A DNA stretch of 64,000 bases from an uncultured Chloroflexia bacterium (GCA_963711405.1 CAVQDZ010000004.1:126425-190424), one strand, 5' to 3'. Shown: positions 17,786-27,470, counted from the first letter of the stretch. Numbers and translations are program-made. The notes: generated by a model from the letters alone, not told the origin.

Positions 17786-19039
17786 TCAATTTCGTTTGTC
17801 CAATGCCCTGGCGCTGCCCTCCGCGCCAAGTTGGTCGCCAATGACCGAGCTTACGTGCTCGGCATCCGCGCCGACTCCAAATATCAGACCTGATTTGCGC
17901 GTATGCATCAGCTGCAGGCCCATGAAATACAGGCCTGAGTGCTTGCTAACGCCCTGGATCTGCGCCGGGTAGCCATCGACCGACTCGAGGTCGAGATCGA
18001 TCCACGAGAAGTCGAGCCGGAAGCCCGTGCCCCAGACAACGTTGTTGATGCCCGTGGCCTTGAGATCGAGCGTCGTTGGCGCCCCGCTGAATTCAGCAGC
18101 GGGCTCGAATGGCTCTGACGAGGGCGCGTCGAGACCGTTGTCGGCGATGAAGTTGTCGATGCGTGTGCGCAGGCCGACCGCTGCCTGGTCGGAGCCGGTC
18201 GCGTTCGCCTGGAGATCATCGGCGAAGGTGACCGTGTAGCCGTCGGCAGCGACGAATTGGCCGGTCAGATGCACGCCGATGTTGCGCATGGTGGTCAGGT
18301 TGATGTCTCGACCGCCATCGACGCCGGTCTGGATCGGCGGGCAGGCGAGGCGCAGGCCGTGACCCAGCTTCTCGACCGAGTCGTCGAACATGCCCATGTC
18401 CAAGCGCCACTCGACGTTGTCGCGACCGCGGTAGCGCCGCGGAATCCAGCCGCACGTGCCCGTCGCGAGCCACACCTCGCGGCCGTTTTCGTGCAGATCC
18501 TCCGCCACCTGGCAGCCGGACTGGCCCGAGCCGATGATCAGCACGCCACCGTCGAGCAGCTCACCCGCGTTGCGAAACTCGTCCGTGTTGAGCTGCAGGA
18601 TGGCTGGGTCAAGTCCGGTCGGCGGCCGGTTGCGGCGTTGGTACGCGCCGGTGGCCGCCACCACCGCTCTGGCACGGATCGTTCCATTGGCCGTGTCGAG
18701 GTTGAAACGGCCGTTGAGCTCGTCGCGCTCGACCTTGATCACTTCCGTGCTTTCTTCGACGGGCGCGTCTATCCGGCGGGCATAGTCCGAGAAGCGCGCG
18801 ACGAGCTCCTCGCGCAACATGAATGCGCCAGGGTCAGGCCCGTCGTACTCATAGCCCGGCAGCGAGAAGGCCCAGTTGGGAGCATTGAGCGCGAATGAGT
18901 CCCAGCGCCTGGTGCGCCAGCTTTCCGCCACCCGGCCGCGGTCCAGGACGATGTGGTCGATGCCGCGCTGGGTCAGGTGGTAGCTCGTCGCCAACCCGGC
19001 CTGGCCCGCGCCGATGACAACGACATCGACCATCCTCAT
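17786..19039 (-). CDS. FAD/NAD(P)-binding oxidoreductase (flavin monooxygenase / CzcO-like)
   Basis: VVVIGAGQAGLATSYHL dinucleotide motif and a second GSGQSGCQVAEDL motif. 417 aa. Confidence 0.8.
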   Translation of the reverse strand: MRMVDVVVIGAGQAGLATSYHLTQRGIDHIVLDRGRVAESWRTRRWDSFALNAPNWAFSLPGYEYDGPDPGAFMLREELVARFSDYARRIDAPVEESTEVIKVERDELNGRFNLDTANGTIRARAVVAATGAYQRRNRPPTGLDPAILQLNTDEFRNAGELLDGGVLIIGSGQSGCQVAEDLHENGREVWLATGTCGWIPRRYRGRDNVEWRLDMGMFDDSVEKLGHGLRLACPPIQTGVDGGRDINLTTMRNIGVHLTGQFVAADGYTVTFADDLQANATGSDQAAVGLRTRIDNFIADNGLDAPSSEPFEPAAEFSGAPTTLDLKATGINNVVWGTGFRLDFSWIDLDLESVDGYPAQIQGVSKHSGLYFMGLQLMHTRKSGLIFGVGADAEHVSSVIGDQLGAEGSARALDKRN

Positions 19040-19084
19040 GCGGGCGATTGTGGCAGGCGAGACTTTCCTCCGAGCACCAAAGCG

Positions 19085-19891
19085 CTAGCGCAGCGCGGTG
19101 AAAATCAGATCCTCGTGATCGGCCGTGGCTGGTTCGTCGCTCCAGTTGCCGCGCACTGTGACCTCGCGAAAACCGGCGACGCGAAGCATCAGCACGACCT
19201 CCTGTTTGAGATAGATGTTCTCGCGAAGCATGTACTGCTCAGACACGGCGGTCTCACCCGGTGTGCCTTTCTCCAGTCGAACTTCGCGCGTGTACGTCTG
19301 GTCGAGTGGGTCGACGTCGATCATTCGGAACTGGGCGCGATGCTCGGTGCCGTCCGATGCCACCCGAGTTGACGGATCAGGGCGCCATTCCTCTGGCAAT
19401 GCCTGGCGCCCTTCGGGGAGCCAACGCAGCCAGGCGTCGGGCGAGTTGTACTCAGCCTCGAGATTGATCAGCAGCGCGCCGCCCTCCTCGAGGTGCTCGT
19501 AGCAGCGGCGGAGTGTGCTCAGATCGCGCTCACGACTGCCCGCCAGGCCGAACGAGTCGCAGATGTAGATCGTTCGGTAGCGCCGCGGGATATCGAACGT
19601 GTCCATCGGCTGCGCGTAGAGAGTTGGCGTCAGGCCGAGTTTGCGCCCGTTCGCCGAGCACTGATCGAGCATGTCCTGCGAGATGTCGCAGCCATCGACG
19701 TCAACTCCGGCGCTCAGCAGCGGGAGCAGCACCCGACCAGACCCGCACGCGACGTCCAGCACCGGCCCACCGCGCGCCTCGATCTCGCGCAGGTAGAACG
19801 GGACTTCAGGCGCGTCGGTGATGGCCTCGCCCCAACGCTCGGCCATCAGGCCGTAGTGCCACACGAGCGGCTCGTCGTTCACGTCGTCCAC
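19085..19891 (-). CDS. Class I SAM-dependent methyltransferase
   Basis: Motif I VLDVACGSGRVLLPLL followed by DGCDISQDML. 268 aa. Confidence 0.8.
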   Translation of the reverse strand: MDDVNDEPLVWHYGLMAERWGEAITDAPEVPFYLREIEARGGPVLDVACGSGRVLLPLLSAGVDVDGCDISQDMLDQCSANGRKLGLTPTLYAQPMDTFDIPRRYRTIYICDSFGLAGSRERDLSTLRRCYEHLEEGGALLINLEAEYNSPDAWLRWLPEGRQALPEEWRPDPSTRVASDGTEHRAQFRMIDVDPLDQTYTREVRLEKGTPGETAVSEQYMLRENIYLKQEVVLMLRVAGFREVTVRGNWSDEPATADHEDLIFTALR

Positions 19892-19897
19892 GCGCGG

Positions 19898-20365
19898 CTA
19901 GAGCTGCTTCTCCATCTGGACGTTCGTCTCGATGTAGCCCATGCGCTTGTACAGGCGCCACGCACCTTCGTTGTGGCCGAACACGTGCAAACCGATGGCA
20001 TTGATGCCGTTGGCGCGGCACCACTCCTCGAGCGCCAACAGCGCGGCGGAGCCAAAGCCCTTGCCGCGCCGATCCGGGTTCATCTCGATGTCATAGATGA
20101 AGGCGTATTCCGGCCGTCTGTCGGTGCACACCCACAGGATCCCGGCCTCGTCTGCGGCCGAGTCAACAACTGACCACAGCTCGTGGCCGGGCGTATCGAG
20201 CCCCTGCGGCAGCAGCGTATTGAAGTCCGCCTCTGACTTCGATAGCGCCTCGTCCTCAGTCCAACGGCCGGACCTGACGCCATCGTCTGCGTAGCCGGCA
20301 ATTGCGTACGCGTACCACGTCACGTAGCGCTCCGGAGACATGGGCTTGAGCGAGACGGTGGGCAT
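19898..20365 (-). CDS. GNAT-family N-acetyltransferase
   Basis: Acetyl-CoA binding motif RRGKGFGSAALLALEEW and C-terminal RLYKRMGY. 155 aa. Confidence 0.85.
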   Translation of the reverse strand: MPTVSLKPMSPERYVTWYAYAIAGYADDGVRSGRWTEDEALSKSEADFNTLLPQGLDTPGHELWSVVDSAADEAGILWVCTDRRPEYAFIYDIEMNPDRRGKGFGSAALLALEEWCRANGINAIGLHVFGHNEGAWRLYKRMGYIETNVQMEKQL

Positions 20366-20376
20366 GTGACTGACGC

Positions 20377-21361
20377 CTAGTAGGAGGCGAGCCGCCTCAC
20401 CGCATCGGCGATCCTGTCCGGCGACGGCATGAACCAGTCCTCGAGGACGTGGTTATAGGGCACGCCCGGCACATCCGGCCCGGTCACTCGGACGATCGGA
20501 CCGTCGAGGTGGTCGAACGCTTCCTCGGCCAGGATCGCGGCGATCTCAGCGCCGTAGCCCCCGAAACGGTTGTCCTCGTAGACGATGACCGCCTTGCCCG
20601 TCTTGCGCACAGACGAGAGAAGCGTCTCGCCATCCAGCGGTCGCAGCGTGCGGACGTCCACCACCTCCGCGGATATGTCCTCCGAGGCGAGCAGGTCGGC
20701 CGCCTCGAGCGCGTACTGCGCCATCAGGCCGTAGCCGATGATCGTGACGTCCTTGCCCTCGCGGGTGACGTTGGCCTTGCCGATGGGGATCGTGTAGTCG
20801 GTGTCGGGAACGTCTCCGCGCACGGATCGGTACATCTTCTTGTGCTCGAAGAAGAGCACCGGATCGTCGTCGCGGATTGCCGAGCGCAAGAGCCCGCGCG
20901 TGTCGTACGGCGTCGAGGGGATGACCACCTTCAGTCCCGGGAATGTGCGCGAAGAAAGCCTCGACCGACTGCGAGTGATACAGCGCGCCGTGGACGCCGC
21001 CGCCATAGGGGGCGCGGATCGTCATGGGGCATGCGAACGAGCCATTCGATCGGAAGCGCATGCGCGCCGCCTCGGACAGGATCTGGTTGAAGGCCGGAAA
21101 GATGAAGTCCGCGAACTGGATCTCCGGCACGGGCCGCAGTCCGGCCACGGCCGCGCCGATCGAGACGCCCACGATCATCGACTCGGTCAGCGGCGTGTCG
21201 AGCACGCGGTCGCCACCGAATTCGTCGTACAGCCCGTCAGTGGCCAGGAAGACGCCGCCCTTCTTGCCCACGTCCTCGCCAAGGACGACGATCGATTCGT
21301 CGCGGCGCATCTCCGACGCAAGCGTCGAGCGGACCGAGTCGATGAGGGTCATGACCGCCAC
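20377..21361 (-). pseudogene. 2-oxoacid dehydrogenase E1 beta subunit gene, frame broken by one extra nucleotide at about 20935
   Basis: N-terminal part (LGEDVGKKGGVF..YHSQSVEAFFAHIPG) is in ORF 20546..21361. C-terminal part (LKVVIPSTPYDTRGLL..VVDVRTLRPLD) is in ORF 20377..21006. The junction is CAC ATT CCC GGG A CTG AAG on the minus strand, and the span is 3n+1 nt. Confidence 0.85.
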
Positions 21362-21364
21362 GAT

Positions 21365-22489
21365 CTAGCCCTCTGCGCCTGGGCCGGTATCGTCCGCGAG
21401 CACGCCCCACGGTCCACCGTCGCCGATAAAGCGCGTGCCGTGCCACAACGGGTCGTCCATGCGCGCCGGCGGCTCCTTGTCGTACACGTACCGCTGGGCC
21501 GTGGCCGGATCCGGGTCGACCTGCACCTCCGCCCATTCGGTCGCGTCCTCGACGACCTTGCGCGAGTCGGCCAAAACCTGCGCCTCAATGGCGTCGTCGA
21601 GCATGCCCGCCTCACGCAGCTGATCGCGGAAGCGGGGCAGCGGGTCGCGCGCCTTCTCCGACTCCATCTCATCGGCTTCGCGGTACTTGGTCTGTTGATC
21701 GTCCGATGAGTGCGCGGTCAGGCGCATGACTTTGGCCTCGATCAGTGTCGGACCCTGGCCGTTGCGTGCGCGATCGATCGCAGCGCGCCCCTCTGCGTAG
21801 CAGTTCAGAACGTCAGCGCCGTCAACGATGATGCCGGGCATGTTGTAGCCGGCGCCACGAATGGCGATGTCCTGCACGGCCGACTGCATGGACATGGGCA
21901 CGCTGATCGCCCAGCCATTGTTCTCGACGACGTAAATGACCGGGAGCTTGTGGATGCCGGCGAAGTTGAGCGCCTCATGAAAGTCGCCCTGGTTGGACGA
22001 GCCCTCGCCCAGATAGGTGATAGTGACTACGTCCTGCTTGCGCAGCTTGGCCGCCCACGCGATGCCCGTGGCATGCAGGATCTGGGTCGCCACGGGCGAC
22101 GACACGGACAGGATGTTTCGCTCGCGGATGCCGTAATGGCCGGGCATCTGGCGACCGCCGGACGACGGGTCCACGCCGCGCGCGAACTGGGCGAGCATGA
22201 TCTCGCGCGGGCTCATGCCGAAGGTCATCAGTGACGCGACCGAGCGGTAGTACGGGACCATCCAGTCGTGGCCCTTCTTGAGCCCGAAGGCGAGCCCGAC
22301 CTGCGCGCCTTCGTGGCCCTGGCCGCTGATCACGAACGGGATCTTGCCGGCGCGGTTGAGGATCCACATGCGCTCGTCGACGGCGCGGGCGATGACCATC
22401 AGCTGGTACATCTCGAGCAGCTCGTCGCGCGACAGGCCCAGGTTCGAGCCGAACGCCGCTTCCGACCTGCTCGCCGCCTTGGTTGCCAT
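21365..22489 (-). CDS. 2-oxoacid (pyruvate/branched-chain) dehydrogenase E1 alpha subunit, TPP-dependent
   Basis: I chose the start MATKAAS at 22489 because it forms an ATGA overlap with the lpd stop. TPP motif region YLGEGSSNQGDFHEALNFA..VVENNGWAIS. Confidence 0.9.
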   Translation of the reverse strand: MATKAASRSEAAFGSNLGLSRDELLEMYQLMVIARAVDERMWILNRAGKIPFVISGQGHEGAQVGLAFGLKKGHDWMVPYYRSVASLMTFGMSPREIMLAQFARGVDPSSGGRQMPGHYGIRERNILSVSSPVATQILHATGIAWAAKLRKQDVVTITYLGEGSSNQGDFHEALNFAGIHKLPVIYVVENNGWAISVPMSMQSAVQDIAIRGAGYNMPGIIVDGADVLNCYAEGRAAIDRARNGQGPTLIEAKVMRLTAHSSDDQQTKYREADEMESEKARDPLPRFRDQLREAGMLDDAIEAQVLADSRKVVEDATEWAEVQVDPDPATAQRYVYDKEPPARMDDPLWHGTRFIGDGGPWGVLADDTGPGAEG

Positions 22490-23922
22490 CAGAAGTTGAT
22501 CGACTTGCCGTCGACCGCGAGGGCGGCCTCGCCGACGGCCTCGGCCAGCGTTGGGTGCGGGTGCACGGCCGCGCCGACCTCCCAGGCCGTGGCGTCGAAG
22601 AGCATCGCCGCGCTCGCCTCGGCGATCAGATCGGTGACATTGCCGCCGATCATGTGAACGCCCAGGAGCTCGTCCGTCTGGGCATCGGCGATGACCTTGA
22701 CGAAGCCCTCCGTCTCGCCCCGGATGAGCGCCTTGCCGATTGCCTGGAAGGGAACCTTGCCGATCTTGACGGCAATGCCGTCGCGCTCGCATTCCTCCTG
22801 CGTCCGGCCGATCGACGCGATCTGAGGTCGTGAGTAAGTCGCGCGCGGCATCTTGAGATAGTCGACCGGCTCAGCCTCTGCTCCGGCGATCGCATGAACC
22901 GCCGCGATGCCTTCGTGCGCGGCCACGTGCGCCAGCAACAGCCCGCCGATGACGTCACCGATCGCGTACAGGTGCGGTTCGGCGGTGCGCATGCGCTGGT
23001 CGACCAGGACGAAGCCCTTCTCGAGCTTGGCGCGCGTCGACTCGAGGCCGACGTTGTCCGAGTTGGGGGTGCGGCCGGTTGCGACGAGCATCTGCTCTGC
23101 GCGCAGCTCCTTGGGCTCCTCCCCTTCCTTGCCGACCATCAGGCACACGCCACTCTCGTCCGCGGTTACCGACGCCGGATCGAAGCGGGCGGAGGTGATG
23201 ACCGGCAGGTTGCGCCGCCGGAACGACCGCTCCAGCTCCTTGGATATCTCGCCATCCTCGAGCGGCGTGACACGCGGCAGGTACTCGAGCAGAGTCACTT
23301 CCACGCCCGCATCGTGGTAGAAGCTGGCGAACTCGACGCCCACCGCGCCGGCGCCGACGACGATCAGGCTCTTGGGCAAATCCGCCGAATGCGTGGCCTC
23401 GTCGCTGGTGATGATGCGCTTACCGTCAGGGTTCAACCCGGGCAGCGACTTGACGCGCGAGCCAGTGGCCAGGATCACGTCCGTGGCGTCAAGGGGCCGC
23501 TCACCGTCGGGCTTGCCGTTCTCATCGAACGTCTTGACCACCACCTGCTTGCCGCCGTGCAGCGTGCCGCGGCCGTGGATGTGCTCGACCTTGTTCTTCT
23601 TGACCAGCGTGTCGAGGCCCTTGGTCAGCCGCGTAACGATGGCGTCGCGGCGCTTGGCGACAACGGCGTAGTCGAAACGGACGTTGTCCGCCGGGACGCC
23701 GAACTCCTCGCCGCGCTTCATGCGCTCGTACAGCTCGGCCGACTCGAGCATCGCCTTGGTCGGGATGCAGCCCCAGATCAGACACGTGCCGCCGAGCCTG
23801 GGCTGGTCGTCGACGAGGGCGACCTTGAGCCCCAGCTGGCCTGCACGGAATGCGGCCGAATAACCGCCAGTGCCGCCGCCGAGAACGATCAGGTCGAAGC
23901 TGTTGGAGGAGCCGACTGCCAC
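22489..23922 (-). CDS. lpd: Dihydrolipoyl dehydrogenase (E3)
   Basis: GGGTGGY FAD motif, redox-active GGTCLIWGCIPTK, and a C-terminal interface domain with the HPHPTLAEA motif. Confidence 0.9.
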   Translation of the reverse strand: MAVGSSNSFDLIVLGGGTGGYSAAFRAGQLGLKVALVDDQPRLGGTCLIWGCIPTKAMLESAELYERMKRGEEFGVPADNVRFDYAVVAKRRDAIVTRLTKGLDTLVKKNKVEHIHGRGTLHGGKQVVVKTFDENGKPDGERPLDATDVILATGSRVKSLPGLNPDGKRIITSDEATHSADLPKSLIVVGAGAVGVEFASFYHDAGVEVTLLEYLPRVTPLEDGEISKELERSFRRRNLPVITSARFDPASVTADESGVCLMVGKEGEEPKELRAEQMLVATGRTPNSDNVGLESTRAKLEKGFVLVDQRMRTAEPHLYAIGDVIGGLLLAHVAAHEGIAAVHAIAGAEAEPVDYLKMPRATYSRPQIASIGRTQEECERDGIAVKIGKVPFQAIGKALIRGETEGFVKVIADAQTDELLGVHMIGGNVTDLIAEASAAMLFDATAWEVGAAVHPHPTLAEAVGEAALAVDGKSINF

Positions 23923-24134
23923 GCTCAGTCAGCCTGCGCAACGCTGGGGATCATCGCGCCGGATGGTACGCGCGGGCCTGTAACGGTGCAAGAAACGGAG
24001 GGCCTGCGACGGCCCGGGCCGATTGACCGTTTGGGCGTGATTCGGCGCGGGTAGACTCATCCGCGGCCGCTCGCTACAGGGATGCTCGGATGCTGCGTCC
24101 GGGCAGCGGCAGGAGGAGTAGGGAGGTGGGCTCT

Positions 24135-24860
24135 ATGTCGTCGTCGGCGGCTCTGCTCAGATGGCTGTGCTGGGCGCTCGCGATCTTCGTCATCGCGACC
24201 GCGGTACTGTCGATCGGGATCAACCGGAACATCCTGGTCAACCCGCCCGACCTATCCGGCGTTAGCGATTTCGTCGCCAGGCTCGCCGCGATCAGCACTT
24301 ACGACCAGCAGGCGTTGCCGATTCTGCTCGTCTCGAACTTCGTTGGCTTGGGTGTCTTCCTGATCGTCACGGTTCTGGGGGTCGCACTGCGCGGATATGC
24401 GGCTCCGGGCAGCGCGCGTGATGTGATGGCCGTCGTGTTCATTCTGGCCGGCACGGTCGGCGTCATCGCCCAACTGATGCTCATCGGCCTCAACCAGGCC
24501 GCGGCGGCCAGCTACTGCGACTGCGGCTACAAGAACGAAGAGCTGATCGGCCTGTTCAAGGCGCTCGATGTCGGCTTCAGCGTCCAGAACTGGCTGGCCA
24601 TCGGTGCGCTGACGATCGTCGGCGTCGCCGCGGCCCTGGCAGGTTGGCTGGTGAACGTCAGCGCCGCGTGGCGGACGCTGTCGTACGCCATCGCGATCGG
24701 TCTGATCGTGGCCGCCGCGCTGGACGTCATCAACCAAGGTGACCTGGGCACGCTCGTGAGCGGCTTCGTGGCTGGCATTCTCGTCACAATCTGGGCAGTG
24801 ATGCTTGCCCGGGCGGTGCCGCGCCTCAGCGCAGAGGACGCGACACCGTCGGCATCGTGA
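24135..24860 (+). CDS. Polytopic membrane protein (hypothetical)
   Basis: ATG 24135 follows GGAGGAGTAGGGAGG. About 6 hydrophobic segments. No family recognised. Confidence 0.6.
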   Translation: MSSSAALLRWLCWALAIFVIATAVLSIGINRNILVNPPDLSGVSDFVARLAAISTYDQQALPILLVSNFVGLGVFLIVTVLGVALRGYAAPGSARDVMAVVFILAGTVGVIAQLMLIGLNQAAAASYCDCGYKNEELIGLFKALDVGFSVQNWLAIGALTIVGVAAALAGWLVNVSAAWRTLSYAIAIGLIVAAALDVINQGDLGTLVSGFVAGILVTIWAVMLARAVPRLSAEDATPSAS

Positions 24861-24884
24861 CCGCTCGCTAGCGGGGTCCCGTCC

Positions 24885-25511
24885 GTGCCACAGCCGCTGC
24901 TCGACCTCGTCTTCATCGTGCTCGGCTACCTGTCCGGATCACTGCCGATGGGCGTGATCGTCGCGCGCTTGACCGGTGCGGTCGATCCGCGCACGGTCGG
25001 CAGCGGCCGAACGGGCGGTACGAACGCGCTGCGTGCGATGGGCGCCCGACGCGCTGTGGGGGTCGCGGTGCTCGACGTGCTCAAGGGCTTCGTCCCGGTC
25101 CTCGTGGCGTGGTACCTGGGCGCGTCGCCGCTGGGTGTGGCGCTGACCGGCGTTGCCTGCGTGATGGGCGCGTGGATGTCCGTCTTCCTGCGCTTTCACG
25201 GCGGCCGTGGCGTGGCCACGGCCATCGGCGCCACGCTCTTCATCCAGCCTCTGGCGGTGCTGTTCGCGGCGCCGTTCTTCTTCGGCGCGATCTACCTGAC
25301 GCGCTACGTGTCGCTCGGCTCGTTGCTCGGCAGTGCCGCCGGCGCGTTCTTCATCGGCGTGTTCGTCGTGCTCGGCTGGAACCCGCCCGCGGACGTGATC
25401 TTCGGCATCGGTGGCGCCGCGATCATCTGGATCGCGCACCACGACAACATCGCCCGACTGCTGCGCGGCGAGGAACGCCGCTTTGACCCGTTCGCCCGCG
25501 GCGACGGCTGA
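24885..25511 (+). CDS. plsY: Glycerol-3-phosphate acyltransferase PlsY
   Basis: GSGRTGGTNALRAMG and FHGGRGVATA motifs. 208 aa multi-TM protein. Confidence 0.9.
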   Translation: MPQPLLDLVFIVLGYLSGSLPMGVIVARLTGAVDPRTVGSGRTGGTNALRAMGARRAVGVAVLDVLKGFVPVLVAWYLGASPLGVALTGVACVMGAWMSVFLRFHGGRGVATAIGATLFIQPLAVLFAAPFFFGAIYLTRYVSLGSLLGSAAGAFFIGVFVVLGWNPPADVIFGIGGAAIIWIAHHDNIARLLRGEERRFDPFARGDG

Positions 25512-25520
25512 TCGCGACCT

Positions 25521-25745
25521 CTAGGAGCGGCGCGGAAGCAGGGCGCGCACCAGGACCAGGATCGTGACCACGACCATGATCACGATGATCACCGGGGCAA
25601 GGCCGATGGCATCGTCGAGCGCGGGAATGAACCCGGTGATGCGGGCCACGATCAGCACCGCCGCGATGGCGACCGCTGCCGTGATCACGACGTCGCGGTC
25701 GCGCACCGGGCGCCGACTCGGAGCGGGTGCCTGAGGATCGGTCAC
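25521..25745 (-). CDS. Small membrane protein (hypothetical)
   Basis: GTG 25745 lies 2 nt after the upstream stop. 74 aa with two hydrophobic stretches (VVITAAVAIAAVLIVARI, APVIIVIMVVVTILVLV). Support is weak. Confidence 0.35.
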   Translation of the reverse strand: MTDPQAPAPSRRPVRDRDVVITAAVAIAAVLIVARITGFIPALDDAIGLAPVIIVIMVVVTILVLVRALLPRRS

Positions 25746-25747
25746 GG

Positions 25748-26554
25748 TCAGCCCGCGTCGGCCTCGACCGGGATGCCGATCGGCGCCACGAGCACCCTGC
25801 CGGCGAGCACGCTGCCGGACTTGGTCAGCAGCCCTTCCTTGGGCCTGTGGAATGTCACGGTCAGATCGGCGCGAACGTTGGGCTCCGACGCAGCGCCGGA
25901 GCTCAGGTCGAGCGCCGTCGGGGTATCCACGGCCAGGATGGGCACGCCCAGCCTGCGCGCCGCGAGACATACCTCGACGGCCTGGCTGATCGGATCGCGC
26001 AGCGCCCCGCTGACGCCGGTACCCAGCAGCGCGTCGACGACGAGCGCGGCGCGCTCGAGGCCGTTGAGCAGCACGGACACATCGTGCGCGGTTGCAGCAT
26101 GCATCCGTTCAACGTTTGCCAGGCCATCGAGCGCGTCCCAATTTGCCGCCGCATCCGGCGTGCCAGGCCGCTCGTCAACAGATACGAGCGCGACAAACGA
26201 GGCAATGCCGGCAGCGGCCAGGTGCCTGGCCGCCACGAAACCATCGCCGCCATTGTTGCCCGGGCCGCACAGGATCAGGACCAGGCCGCCGGATGGTCGA
26301 TCAATCGAGTTGAGCAGCGCGCGGGCCGCGGCCGCGACCGCAGTCCCGGCCTGCTCCATCAGATCGCGGCCCGCCATGCCCAGCCGCTGCGCGCGCCGAT
26401 CAGCGCCGCGCATCTTCTCCGCTGTCATCGGCCGGCGCGCGCCATACGCGGCCCAATGCGTGGTGAGGGTCGCCAGGTCAAGCCCGGCAGCGCTCAACAC
26501 GGGGTCGTCGAGCGGCAGTGTCTCGTCGGACATGTGGCGCAGCATCACGCCCAT
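25748..26554 (-). CDS. nnrE: NAD(P)H-hydrate epimerase (YjeF N-terminal domain only)
   Basis: LCGPGNNGGDGFVAARHL signature. There is no room downstream for a dehydratase domain. The start is uncertain (MSDETLPL is possible). Confidence 0.8.
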   Translation of the reverse strand: MGVMLRHMSDETLPLDDPVLSAAGLDLATLTTHWAAYGARRPMTAEKMRGADRRAQRLGMAGRDLMEQAGTAVAAAARALLNSIDRPSGGLVLILCGPGNNGGDGFVAARHLAAAGIASFVALVSVDERPGTPDAAANWDALDGLANVERMHAATAHDVSVLLNGLERAALVVDALLGTGVSGALRDPISQAVEVCLAARRLGVPILAVDTPTALDLSSGAASEPNVRADLTVTFHRPKEGLLTKSGSVLAGRVLVAPIGIPVEADAG

Positions 26555-26582
26555 CGTCGCAGAACTGGTCGCCGGGGCGCCG

Positions 26583-27269
26583 TCAGGAAGTGACAGTGGG
26601 CGCTACGCGCCGCCGAGTTGCGCTCAGCAGCCAGACGCCGGCAACGAGACAGCCGATGGCGAAGATCACGAGCCAGCCCGTGACCGCGTAGACGGCCAGT
26701 CGGACCGCATCGAGAGTCCCACTGGAGATGGACAGTCCCGGGCCGTCGCGCACGGAAACCATCAGCGCGTGGACAGTGTCGGACAGGTCGGACAGGTTCT
26801 GGGCAGTCGTGCTGACGTCCGCGCTATTGGTCCCGAGCGCCGTGCTGATGGCGGTCAGGTCGGCGCCCAGCTGGTCCAGGTTCTGTCCGGAAGTGTCGAA
26901 GCTCCCGGCAAGCCCGACAAGCGGTTGCGCGCCAAGAATCGTGAGGCTCATTGCGTCGCGCAGGCCGTACATGCTCGTGGCCAGCCCGGCAGACACGGTC
27001 GCCGCGTGGTCAACCGCTGTCGTGGCTTCGCCCAGGCTGGCGTTGACGTTCGCAGCGCTGGTCGACATGCCTCTGATGGTGGTCTCTGCCTGGCCCAGCG
27101 AGGCGACCAGCGCGGCACGCTGCGTCTCGAGCGACCCGGACAGCTGCCGTGCCCGCTCCAACGGCCGTGCCACGGCAAAGGCCACGCCGATGAAGATGAC
27201 GATCCCGATCAGTCCGTACACAAAGAGGGCCACGCCCAAGATCCGCATCCCTGTTCGCCGCTTGGGCAT
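26583..27269 (-). CDS. Bitopic membrane protein with a long Ala/Ser/Thr-rich helical ectodomain (hypothetical)
   Basis: ATG 27269 is preceded by GGAGG (CCTCC at 27276-27280). It has N-terminal and C-terminal TM helices. Confidence 0.6.
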   Translation of the reverse strand: MPKRRTGMRILGVALFVYGLIGIVIFIGVAFAVARPLERARQLSGSLETQRAALVASLGQAETTIRGMSTSAANVNASLGEATTAVDHAATVSAGLATSMYGLRDAMSLTILGAQPLVGLAGSFDTSGQNLDQLGADLTAISTALGTNSADVSTTAQNLSDLSDTVHALMVSVRDGPGLSISSGTLDAVRLAVYAVTGWLVIFAIGCLVAGVWLLSATRRRVAPTVTS

Positions 27270-27470
27270 GGCAATCCTCCGTTTTCGATTCGTGTCGATT
27301 TCCAGCAAGTTGACTCGCGACCACGGTAACGACTCTCAGCGAGTTCTCAACCAGAACGGGTATAACCGTTCATGCGTCACGCTCTTGTGCCGCCGAGCGT
27401 CACGCTCCCATGAAGCCCGCCGCGCTGATCGACGTGCACCGATCCGGCGCCTGAACGAGAATCGCCCCCG

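Noticed and set aside
21365-22792. Long form of the E1 alpha ORF (475 aa) overlapping lpd by 300 nt
   Set aside because: The first 101 residues are Arg/Gly-rich and lie inside lpd. The internal start MATKAAS forms an ATGA overlap with the lpd stop at 22489.
22894-24054. 386-aa ORF on the plus strand
   Set aside because: It is antisense to lpd. It is a shadow ORF.
25773-27329. 518-aa ORF on the plus strand
   Set aside because: It is antisense to two well-supported minus-strand genes (nnrE and the bitopic membrane protein). The sequence is Ser/Ala/Arg/Pro-rich low complexity.
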